A stretch of DNA of 64,000 nucleotides from Lama glama (lineage: Eukaryota): the NCBI GenBank assembly GCA_028534125.1, contig CM052848.1, forward strand, positions 12,834,001 through 12,898,000, given 5' to 3'. Under the pieces are notes generated by a model. It saw only the letters and a list, made by a program, of their open reading frames with translations, was not told the DNA's origin and did not search any database. Of the stretch, positions 23,483-34,719 are shown piece after piece (position 1 is the stretch's first letter; each line of letters opens with the position of its first letter). Made by a program: the position numbers and the translations under genes.

Positions 23483-25450
23483 CTTTCCTGTCCCTCTGCC
23501 ATCACTTCTGCTGCTTCTTTGGTCAGTCCTTTCAAATATGCTTTTGTTCTCTGTTCATCTTTTGCTTTTGAAGTTTATTTCTCCTTGTGTTGGTAGCCGC
23601 CAGAGATTGAAATAGAAGTATCTTTCCTGTTCAGAGTTTACCCTTTTGCATAATTACTAAAATATACACTTCGCTGAGGTCCCCGCTTAATATTGGCTTG
23701 TGCTCCACTGATTTCCCTTCACCTGTAGACTGTCTCGTCTCTGTTTGAAATCACGATGTGGTGCACATTTCTCTCTCTCTGTCTCTCTTTTTAATGGATT
23801 CGAAGGGGAGAATTTTAATCTCTTAATAGATACTGGAAAAGCTTTAAAATATTTTTGTCTGATAAAACCCTTGTTTTTGGTTTCTTTGCCTAAACTAAAA
23901 TAAATGGTAAATCCAGTGTTACATGCTGAGTTCTGTGTTGAACTAAACCCTTTGGGCACGTCTCATGTCTAACAGGGACATCTGATGTGCGTAGTAAGCC
24001 AGCTGTTACCTTGGGTGCACGTGTTTTCCCGCCGTGCCCGTATGCTACTGGCTAGGAATTCACTTTCTTGATGTTTTCAGACTCAATTTTAGTCCTGATT
24101 TTTATAGGGCGTATTTCAGTCTTTGAGATTCTCTTCAGTTGCTAGCCTAATTGTCCCAGTTCCTTCATCATTACCGTTGTGTTCTGATCTCTAAAAGGTT
24201 TTGTTTTTATTCTCACGTTTCCTTCTACAAAGAGGAATTAAAATTCAAATATAAAACTAAAACAGTGGGAGTTTTGTTTAGCAGTGTTTCTGAGATCGGT
24301 GATTCTTTCATCAAAAACGCAGCAGTTCTTATACCTTTTGTTCTAAGAACACTTTGGGAGAGATTTTTAACTCTGTACTATTTAAATCCAACTGCCAATT
24401 GAAATGTGACGTTTGAATTACTGTCAGCATTGGATCTCTGGAAAACAGAAAACAACTCTTCCGTGGTGCTTCAAAGTAAAACTTTTCATTTTAAATAATG
24501 TGGTCAGGAATCAACTTTGTTATTAATGTTGTTCTTTAAAATTGTATCAGCAGATTTAATAATTTGTCACAGGTGTGTCATTGGACTTGTCCCACAAATG
24601 CTTCCTTAGGGTGATTCTACAGAAAATTAACAAGTTACAAAGTTCTGTGTTCACTCAATTACCATTAAGGACCCTACATTTCAGCAGTGATAATCCCTTA
24701 CAATGGTCAGCTGGCAGTGCATTACTCAGCGTTAGGAGGCCGTCTGAACCCCTGTCCAGAGCAGTTTTACAAGTACATTGAGTGTGTGTTGCCCTGGCGT
24801 TTAAAACGCGTTGAGTTCTCCATATAAATTCATGCCATTCACAGACGTAACTGCAGGCAGCCTGGCTCACTGGTGCTCTCAGAGGGTGATTTAAGACTTT
24901 CTGTCAGCCAGCCAGCCCAGATGACCTGTTCTTATTTTAGATTTCTTAAAGGTGACTGTCGTTGCTGGGGGCGGGAGGTCAGGAAAGACGAAGCCTTACA
25001 GCTACCTCCCTTAAAATTCTAAGTAAGATTATTTTGCCTTCAGTAAAGGGAGGCTCATTCAAATTACAGAAATACAGCTCTCTGCTTTGAGTAACTTCTT
25101 GAAGGTGTTCTCGTGGTGCTTTAAAACGTTGACCTTACCTACCTGCTCATGTTAGGTCCCCTGTGTCCTTAGCACAGAGTGCAGTACGCTGTGCCTTCTG
25201 CACCACACAGAGAGAGGCGTGAGGTCGGTTCATAAGGACAGCTTTTTTCACATGCTGTTATGAATTTGTATGTCTATCATAATGATTAGCACTGAGACTA
25301 CAGAGTTGCAGGTTTTGCTGACATGAATGTGGATGTGCCGTATGCAGTGTCTTCATTCACCAGAAAATCACTGCACATTATTTCTGTATCTGTGTACATA
25401 TGTCGAACACGTTTCTACTAATTTCTTCTCTTTTTAATCATTTTCTTTAG

Positions 25451-25565
25451 GAATAAATTTGTGGAGTTTGACATGAAGCCAGTCTGTAAGAAGTGCTATG
25501 AGAAATTTCCGCTGGAGCTGAAGAAAAGACTTAAGAAGCTAGCCGAGACCTTAGGAAGGAAATAA
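25451..25565 (+). CDS. LIMS1: LIMS1 terminal coding exon
   Basis: ctttag|[37 protein letters not shown]; TAA 25563-25565; summed CDS 1164 nt. Confidence 0.97.
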
Positions 25566-28100
25566 CTGCCTTCAGTTATTGTTTCTCTTCTGTGCAAAGA
25601 TCAGAGATTACAAGATTGCATGACCCGATCCACCCTTACCTAAAGCTGTATCTCAGAATAGCTGAAAGTGGAGAGGACCAGGAATGGTTTTCTTCATCTC
25701 CTTTTTCTCGTTAAAAAAGAAAAAAGTTTGTGGAATCAAATTTTAAAAATGGATCAAATCAAGATTTGCCTTTGTTCATAACCCTTGTCAGTGTGCTGAA
25801 ATGTAGGCTTAATAGCAAAAAAAAAAAAAAGTTAATGCTAAATTTTAATAAAGGTCCAAAGATTAAATATAACTTTTAAAAGTGAAAGTAGGGAGTTAGC
25901 TTTTACGTGACTCAGATAAAAAATATGAACCTTATTTTACTTTGGGTTCAAGGTAAATAATTACAAGTGCAGTTGGAGAGGATATAGGAAAGAAAAATAA
26001 CCAGCCAAGAAAAACAAATCTCACAGAATCTCAGTACGTTTATCAGACTACTGGCTGTAAGACGAATACGTACGTTACTAAGACAAGAAGCAGGTCTATT
26101 CAGAACTACTTGACTTGGGGATTTTTGTCGTCATTGTTAAATGCAATAATTATTATGCTTAGTTTTATATTTTGTTCTCCTTGTGAACTTCCTCATACAA
26201 TTACTTAACATAGTAGTTATAGCTAGCTAATAGTATTCCTTTTTAAATTTTGTGCAAAAAAATTTGTACTAGGTATTTGAAAATGCAGTGTACTTTACAA
26301 TATTGGAAAAATGAAGTATTTTTTAATGCAGTACAGCAATTGTGCGTCTAAGCTTAAGGTCAAAGATGTAGTCTTAGGACATGAAATTAAATCTGATGTA
26401 GTTTGGAATGTATTGCTTAAAAAGTGAATGTATATGTATCAGTCATACTGCCTTTATAACCATGCTAGTATCTATGCTTTATACATAATCAAACTTGCGT
26501 TGCCTTAGAAAAATACATACATTAATCAGGAATTCTAGCTGTTTCACACAGTACAAGCCAAAAATAAGTGCTAAGTGCACTGACTGAGATTTGTAAACTC
26601 AGATTCATTTGCCACAGCTATGAGTATATTAAGAATATTTTTCTCCTTTTTGGGGAAACACGTTGAGATTAATTTCTGTGATCTCATTAGGAGAGAATGA
26701 TGTTGCTATGAATTTCAAGTTTTTCATTACAAATCATTTACTATAAGTAAGAGGTATAAGTGACACTTCTAAATTGGAAGAGGGATATTTAAGGGCCGAT
26801 TTTAGTCAAAAGTAGTGAATTATTTTATTTGGTAAAAAGTTTTGTCCTAATGTGTCTGGACCATTCTTTCTCCATAAATGTGTATGCAAAGCAGATTCTG
26901 TGAACATTTTTTAAATGTTACTGCTGCTGTGTTATGTAAAAGATTCAGTTGCCAAGATGGACCTCTAAGGTGAAAATTATGGGTTTTTCCAAAAATTTCT
27001 GAAATACTGTTTTGCCATTTAAAGAAAAAAAACTCAGGATGCTACCAGTCTGCCATTAAATATTTGTATGCATGTATTTTTTTAAAGTTTGTGCATGCAC
27101 TTTACAGAGTAAATTCTATCTCAGTTTTCAAATAACTTATAACCAATTACTTTATTTTTTAGCATTCTTTCAGGGTTCAAAGAATTATCAGTGATGGAAA
27201 ATAATCAATATACAGTTTAAGACTATGTGCTCAGAGGTCTGATACAGTCTTTGCATTTGAAGCAAGAATTGAAATCACTTCCATGTGCCTTTGGCAGCAA
27301 TAGATGACCAGCAACGAAAGTCTTCAGCATATTTGTTAAATACTATACTGTGGTTACAGGCAAAATAGTGCAGGGTTTGCTGCCTGGAGCCTTGATGCTG
27401 AATTCTCAGATACTCCCCACCCTGGAATCTGGGGCAGAAAGCGCCCACTGACCTGTGTTCTCGATCATGTGGATGCAGCGTGGGCTGAACCCACTGGTTG
27501 GTTCACATCTCGTGTCCAGAGGTCCCACTGCTCACTCTCCTCTTGAAGTGTTAGTTCACACTTCCAGTGCTGTTGGGGGTTTTATCCAAACATACACTTT
27601 CTTCTTTGACAGGGTATTGCTGGGCCCTTCCTTACACGTGGGAAGCGGGGAGGGGTGGGGAGGCTGTCAGTGGAACAGAGGACAAACTGCTGGAGTTCAC
27701 AGGATTTTCCATGGAAAAACTCAGGCTAGAGAGCATCTCCTTGTTTAAAGTCCTAAAGTGGTCTGAAATCACTTCCTGTTCTTACCAGATTTCTGAGTGT
27801 TCTTTCTAAGTCTAGGATAATTGGGAAAATGCCTAGGTACGAGTAAGACATTCTTTGGATCACGTTCAAAGCCTTATTAACATTGTAACTGAAGTGGTAG
27901 GTCATTTTGCTTCATTTATTTGCCAAAATAACGATTTCCAGGTTAAGAAAGTTGTGAGGTAAGCTCACAGCATTCTTGTAGTGTCTCATTTTAGACTGTC
28001 AGCTCAGTGGCAGGGACGCTGTATCAGTAACTTTTTATAGGGCAACCATCACAGTGTACTCTCTGTGCTTAATAAATGCTCATAATGATTCAGAATAACC
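25566..28100 (+). other. LIMS1: LIMS1 3'UTR (end approximate); candidate AATAAA signals at 25847 and 28071
   Basis: AT-rich, nearly repeat-free sequence after the stop; AATAAA hexamers seen; the distal one is followed by GT-rich sequence. Confidence 0.6.
27985..28090 (+). mobile_element. L2 3'-end remnant
   Basis: ttagactgtcagctc...ggcagggac...gtgcttaataaatgct. Confidence 0.55.
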
Positions 28101-28179
28101 TGTTGTGCATTGTTTAGCTTCTGTGGCTTTGAGACATGGAACTGTGAGAAGACAGGACTAGTGCTTAAGAAAAGGGTGT

Positions 28180-28727
28180 CTTGGAAACAACCTGTGTCTG
28201 TGGATGGATGAATGAATAAAGAAGGTGTGGTGTGTACACGATGAAATATTATTTAACCATAAACAAGTGGGGAATCTGGCCACTTGAGCAACGTGGATGG
28301 GACACAATGCTGACTGAGTGAAATGAGTCAGAGAAAAACAAATACTTGTCTTGTATGACTTCACTTACCTGTGAAATCTTAACAAAAAACAAAAAAGCTC
28401 ATAGATCCAGAGGACAGACTGGTGGTTGCCAGAGGCGGGGTGGAGGGGTGGGGGTGGGCAAAGCGGATGAAGGGGCAGGCAGTAAAGACTTGCAGTTGTG
28501 AAGTAAGTCTTAGAGAGGTCACATCCAGCATGGGCACAGCTATTGGTAACATTGCTAAGAGAGTAGTTCTTAAAAGTTCTCATCACAGGGGAAGTTTCTA
28601 GCCCTGATGGATGTTAACTGGACATTGTGGGGTTATTTTGCAGTGGGTACCAGTTTGGAATCATGACATTGTGCACCTGAAACTAATACAATGTTATATG
28701 TCAGTTGTACTTCAATTTTTAAAAAAG
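28180..28727 (+). mobile_element. L1 3' end (L1MA9-like)
   Basis: ggatgaatgaataaagaagg...gaggacagactggtggttgccagagg...cacctgaaactaatacaatgttatatgtca followed by an A tail. Confidence 0.85.
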
Positions 28728-28779
28728 AGAGTTCCAAGCTTTTTTTAAAAAAAACTTGCTTAGATTTTCATTTACTTTT

Positions 28780-28897
28780 TAAAGCTTTTGGCGAGGGTAT
28801 TAGTTTTACTTACTTATTTAAAAAAATTTTTTTAATGAAGATACTGGGACCTTGTGTGTGCAAAGCATGCACTCTACCACTGAGCTATACTTCCCCC
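28780..28897 (-). mobile_element. Camelid tRNA-derived SINE (Vic-1-like), internally deleted
   Basis: agcatgcactctaccactgagctatac = antisense tRNA-like head with A box. Confidence 0.8.
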
Positions 28898-30384
28898 ACA
28901 AAAGGCCCTTTCAAGCTTTTACTGTGTGTAGTTTTCTCCTGGAACACTGTATGTAAGTAGCTCTATATGTAAGTCCCCGTAGAAATGTCAGACATCCTCT
29001 GGGTTCACAGAGCGGCTTCTTTGCAGGTGACACTGTCATTTAATCCTGACACCACCAGCTCCTTGACAGCACAGGGTGTGATGCTATGTTGGCCTTTGGG
29101 GTTGCACCGCTGAGAAGTGGCACTACCAGAATCCACGTAGTGTGTCCACGTTTCTACTGTTACTCTGGGGTAGGGGGTGAAAAATTCAGGTATTCTTGAA
29201 TATATCAGAGAACCTTTATATGTATGGCTGAAAATGGTAAGGTTACTGTGAATGAGGCAAACCTTGGAACCCTTGGACTGCAGGAGGAGTCTTCCCACTG
29301 TTCACTGTAAATTCTGATCTGTTTTAGTTCTGGGGTGGGGGGATGCCTCCCTTCACATCACTCAGGCAGCCGGGGCCGCTGTGTGTGGTGCGCTCACTGC
29401 CGGTGCCCCAGGCGCTGCATCCTTCCCGGCTGACTAATCCCAGCCCTGCACCCCTTTTCCTCACCTGGGCAGGTGCAGTCTTCCTTCCCTCCTCCCCAAG
29501 CAGAAGGGACGGGAAGCTGCAGCACCACGTGGACGCCGTCATGGGACGAGCGAGCGTAGGGTCTGCAGGACCACAGCACCCTCCTCCCGCGGAGGGGGAG
29601 GGGAGTTTTCCCAGAGCTGGACTCCAGAGGAGGATGCCAGGTAGTGGCCAGGAGGGGCCGGGAAAGGGTGGGTGACCTAGGCCCTCTTCCATTTCCCGTT
29701 TTCTCCGTTTCCCTTAGTGGGGTCACCGTCTGTCCAGGCTTCTCAGCTAACGTCCAGCTGACTTCTCTCCTTCCCTCCCGACAACCTCCACGTGTCCCCC
29801 AAGCAGAGTACTCTCAAACCCAGCCCCTGCCCGCCGCCAAGCTGCCCTCCCTCTGCCCTGACCTCCAGGCACCCATCACTCACTCGCTCCTGCTTTGTGA
29901 CCTGGGTTTGGTGCACTGGGCCAGCAGGTCCCAGCCTGTGGTGCCTGTTTTCTCCCAACTGCCAGTGCCCATCACACAGGGTTGAATGTCTTTCCCATAT
30001 TGTCACCTGCCCTCCTGAAACACATATACCCTTCTCACTTTTGAGACTCAGCACAAATCCAACACATTTTAGAACACTTCATCACTTCTCCAAGCAAAAC
30101 CAGCACTCTTCCTTTCCTCTTAACTAACCCTCCACTCATACCTCTGACTCCCTGGCTGTTAGACACTGTGTGTATCTGTGTTCCCCCTGGGCGGTTGGCT
30201 CCACAGCCTCCTTGCCGCTCGCAGGAGGCGCGCAGCGACTGCTGGATCCTTGGCAAAGTGCACTCTGCCCTTAACCAGTTTCAAGCATTCCATGAAGCTA
30301 TCGTAACTTTTCAGCTCAGAGCCAGCAGCGCCCCCCGGCCCCAACTGGCCCCTGGGACTCACACATGCGGTGACAGATCATGTT

Positions 30385-30660
30385 AACATCTTTATTTTCA
30401 TTCATCTCAAGGTACTTTCTAGTTTCCCTTGTGACTCCTCCTTTGACTCAGTGGTTATTTAGAAGTTGGTTGTTAATTTGCACATATTTGTAAGTCTCAC
30501 CTCTCTCTGTAACTGATTCCTAATTTCATTCTATTGTTGTGAGAAAACATACTTCATATGATTTCAGTCCTTTTACACGTGCTGAGGCTTGTCTCATGCC
30601 CTGGCATGTGGTCTCTGCTGGAGAACATTCCACGTGTGCTTAAATGTTCTTATTCTGCCT
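30385..30660 (-). mobile_element. L1 ORF2 fragment
   Basis: ggttatttagaagt...ttaatttgcacatatttg...ctggagaacattccacgtgtgctt. Confidence 0.7.
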
Positions 30661-30814
30661 TAAAATGTAGGTTTTATTTTATCACAACAAATAGCCTAAT
30701 TAAAATATAGGCAACAAATAAGACAAAAGAGTTTACCAAACAAGAGTTACTGAGGGCAAATGTGCCTATGAGAGAATCTTCAACAATATTACCTAATAGG
30801 GGCTAAAATAAAAC

Positions 30815-31424
30815 TGCTACTGAATGACACTTGGGCCCATTCGCCCACAGTCAGTAAAGCCAGTCTACTGACCCCAGGTTGTGGTGAAGGAAGGTACAGC
30901 ATTTACTGCAGATGCCAAGCAAGGAGCCCGAGCAGCTGGTGCTTAAAAAATCTGAAGCCCCTGCAGGCTTTCAGGGAAAGGTTTTTAACAACAGAGGAGG
31001 GAGGGGGCTGTGGGGTGCATGAGCAGCACCAGACATTGTTCTGATTGGTCAGTGGCATGGTCATCAGGGGTCAACATCATCAACTTTCTGCTTCCCACCT
31101 ATCTGGGGTCCCTGTGTTTGTGGACAACACAGTTAACTCCTTCCAGCTGGTGGGGGTTTCAGTGTCTGCAAAACAGCTCCAGGGACGTGACTCAGAATAT
31201 TATCTATAACCTTCAGGAGGAACTAAAGGTCTTTGATTTTGTTTAATGGCTAAACTATCATTATTTTGTCTTGCTTGACAGTTTTCCTTTGTTTTTGTAT
31301 TTTTTCATTTCTCTGATTCAGTTTATTCTTTGGAACTCAGAGAAGGTCTACAGACAAGAGGCAGGTGAAGGACAGGGGGGTGGGGTTGTCCTGGGAAGGC
31401 CCCAGAGGCTCCTGCTTGGCTACA
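30815..31424 (-). mobile_element. Complete solo LTR (ERV1 class), 610 bp
   Basis: TG...CA termini; 4-bp TSD AAAC (30811-30814 and 31425-31428); CCAAT on the minus strand at 31044-31048. Confidence 0.85.
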
Positions 31425-31428
31425 AAAC

Positions 31429-32345
31429 CATGTGCAGTCCTGCTACACACTTTTTAGATGGCTTAAATGTAACAATACTGACAATACCAAGTGATGACTA
31501 AGGTGCAGAGCAATCAGATTTCTCACACGTCCCTGCTGGGAATGCAGACTGAGATGGCCGCCCTACAAAACATATTGACAGTTTCCTAAAGTTACACATA
31601 ACACCCACCATGGGGCCCAACAGTCCCACACCTGAATCTTTACTTTAGAACAGGTGTGAGCAAAGTTATCCTTAAAGGACCAGATAATAAATATTTTAGG
31701 CTTACAGGACACAGGTCTCTGTCACAACTAACTATTCAACTCTGTCACTGGAGCACAAAACAGCCATAGGACACCACATAAACAAATGGGCATGGCCGTG
31801 TTGCGGGAAATTTTCGTTTGCAAAAACAGGCAACCAGCCCACACATAGGACTTTGTTTGCAAACCCTTGCCCTAAAGAAATGAAAACTTGTGCTCACTGA
31901 AAAACATGTATACAAATGTTTACAGCAGCTCTGTTCTCAGAATCACCAGAAACTAACAACCCAAATGCCCTACAGCTGGTAAATGGATAACCCCGTGGTA
32001 CGTTCACACTGTGGAATATTACTCAGCAATGGCAAAGAATGAACTAGTGATTATGCAAAAACTTGGATGAATTTCACAGGCATTACGCTGAGTGAAAGAA
32101 GCCAGTATCAAAACACTGTATGATTCCATCCATAAGATATTCTTGAAGAGACAAAACTACAGTGTGGAATCAGGGCAAGGGACAAGTGCAGGGCGTGACT
32201 CTAATGCCGTCACCTGACCCAGGTTGGGGGGTGATGGAATCAGCTGCATCCTAACTGTGGTTGTGATTACACAAATCTATGCATGTCTTAAAATTCATAA
32301 AACTACACACACCCCAAACGGGTCATTTTTCTATATGATTATTTA
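31429..32345 (+). mobile_element. L1M 3' region interrupted by MER58A (host L1 begins near 30690, left of the LTR)
   Basis: atactgacaataccaagt...aaatgaaaac...tggatgaatttcacaggcattacgctgagtgaaagaagccag. Confidence 0.8.
31651..31869 (+). mobile_element. MER58A-like MITE
   Basis: Degenerate TIRs caggtgtgagcaaa / tttgcaaacccttg; internal ataaatattttaggctt and aatgggcatggccgtgtt. Confidence 0.8.
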
Positions 32346-32487
32346 CCCCAAATACCAGCATCAGTTCTATTAAAAAGATAGTAATTATGACTGTACCTCA
32401 TTTCTTTACCACCTAAGCCCTCAGCTGTTTGCAGGCTGGTTTTTGCCTGCACCATTTCTTTCAAAAACCAACTTTCAGGAAGCAAGT

Positions 32488-32942
32488 TGTCGGTGGCGCG
32501 GTATCATGTACACACGAACACCGTGTGGAAAGAAGTGAAGCAGTTCTCTGTTTATTGATTCTTAGAAAAGGGTTTATATAGGATATGCACGATGCCTCAC
32601 ATATCACCTAAGTTATAACAATGTTAATAATCTTAAGCTATTTAGGTCCCCAAGCTCCTGCAGTAAAGCACAGGATATTACATGATAAAGGACAGATTGT
32701 TTGAAAGTTCATCAGAGTTCATCAGGAAACTTCAGTAAGTAGGCCATCTCTTGTCCAGCCGGCTGTGCCTGTCTTAGGTTGTCCTTCTCTGAGGATCTCA
32801 CCCGTCACTGGCTATCCAGCCATCCATACTGGATACATTAAGTAGGCCATTTCTTACCAGCCTGGATACGTGACATTCCTCACAGCTTGTTTATCAGTTC
32901 AACCTATGGCTATTCTCTAGAGCTTTCAGACAGGGGCCTACA
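32488..32942 (-). mobile_element. Intact solo LTR, 455 bp, short-R architecture
   Basis: TG...CA termini; perfect 5-bp TSD CAAGT (32483-32487 and 32943-32947); minus-strand TATATAAA 32580-32573 and AATAAA 32556-32551. Confidence 0.8.
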
Positions 32943-33089
32943 CAAGTCTAAAGAATTTATCTCAGTCACCTTTCCTGACCTCTCTGCAGCGTTGTTATGC
33001 TGTCGATTATTCTCTCCTCAGAGCTTTTGTTCTAGCTTCTGAGATGCTGTACTTTTTGGCATTTCTGACAGCGGCACTGACTGCTACAC

Positions 33090-33646
33090 GTAATACCGTT
33101 CTCCAACACAACCTGTTCTCTTTAAGTTCGCCATCTAAACAAGAAGCACTAGAACTGTTCAGAGCTTCGCTGCACAACACACCAAACACACAGGGCACTC
33201 GAGTACTTGAAATGGAGCGAGTGCATTCAGCTGAGCAGCTGAATTTTTAACTCGATTAAATTTTAATTAATTTAAAATGTAAAGCTTGATAAGCATTTCG
33301 GTTATTGACAACTTCCAGGTATGTCTGGAACAACTTGGGTAAATGAATCTATTTTTTCCCACCCTACATTTTATGAAATCTAAACACAGATTCAATTTCC
33401 ATAGACCAGATTGTGAATGCTTGGTACAGAAAAAAGAATGTAAGATCGCTTACTAACAATCTGTTTATATTAATTGCATGTTGAAATTATGTTTTAAACA
33501 TAGTGGGTTAAATAATTATAATTACATAATTATAATCATAATTATTAAAATTTATTCACCTGTTCCTTCTTACTTTTTAAAGTGCGGCTTCTAGAGAATT
33601 TTAAATTGTATGTTGGGTCACATTATATTTATCCTGGGCAGCACTG
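33090..33646. mobile_element. MER33/Charlie5-like hAT element
   Basis: gagtacttgaaatg...ctgaatttttaa...ttttatgaaatctaaa...cacattatattt...ggcagcactg. Confidence 0.7.
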
Positions 33647-34034
33647 AGTAAAGGGCTTCAATTTGCACACTCGTACGTACAAAAGCACGTGCACTTATAT
33701 ACATATACATACAAGTGTCTACATACAGAGCCATGTACATGCGTGTGTACACACATTCCTTAATTTACAGGTGTGTGCGAGCTTGGCCTCCAGGATTCCA
33801 GGCAGGGCTGGGCTGAGCTACCATGTGATTCCTCTTCAGTTGACAGGGAAGAGACATTTCTGCACCCCGAAGGCAGGGGAGGTTGAAGGGAAGTCAGTGC
33901 CCCAAGTACAAAAGACTATTTTCACAGATGCAATCAAAGCAACAGTTTTAAAATGGAAACTTAATTATGGGCAAGAACAAAAGACAACGTCGGTGGCAAA
34001 AAGCAGTCATGTTGGTACTTCCTGTTTCTGGCGT

Positions 34035-34160
34035 TCTTTTTCCATTGTTAAAGTACAGTCAGTTTACAACACTTAGTTTCTGGTGCACAGTGATTCAGTT
34101 ATACGTATTGATATCCCTTTTCATATTCTTTTTCATTATAGGCTATTTCAAGGTATCAAA
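34035..34160 (-). mobile_element. Short lineage-specific L1 3' end
   Basis: aagtacagtcagtttacaa...ttagtttctggtgcacagtgattcagttatac...tttcatattctttttcattatagg. Confidence 0.7.
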
Positions 34161-34719
34161 TACAGTTCAATTAAATCAGAGGTGAGGACTCAGGTTAATC
34201 AGATGAAATGGTGGCCAATGAAAAATGTTATAAGCCAGGTATGTCTGTGGATTCAACTCTCACCTGAATGGCATTTACATTTGCAATGCGTCAGCAGGAG
34301 TGGTGGCCGGTACAGTGGAAGGCATCCCACCGCTGAGGTGTTCCTTATGGAGAATTTATAGCTACTGTGTCATTCCAGGAAAGGGTGATTACTTGTGAGA
34401 ATGTTTGGATGGAACTGGTCCGTGCTGCGAAAAAAGACCTGGGCCAGAACACACATCTTCATGGAGAAAGTCTGTTTTCCAAGCCCAGAAGGGCAGCTCA
34501 TCTTTCCACTAGGTAAAAACTGAGATTACAAAGCTTAATAAATGTACTTAAGAAAAAGCCTTTTGAGTTCCTCAAGCTTTTCTCTTTGGCCTCCTCCTTT
34601 TCAGTATATTCAACTAAAACAGACTGGTGGTGGTACACGTGCTAGGTAAGAGTCTCTGGGAAAAAGGCAGCGTGCTCCCTCCCTGGGTCTCCTGACCTGC
34701 AAAGCCGAGCACGTTAGTA

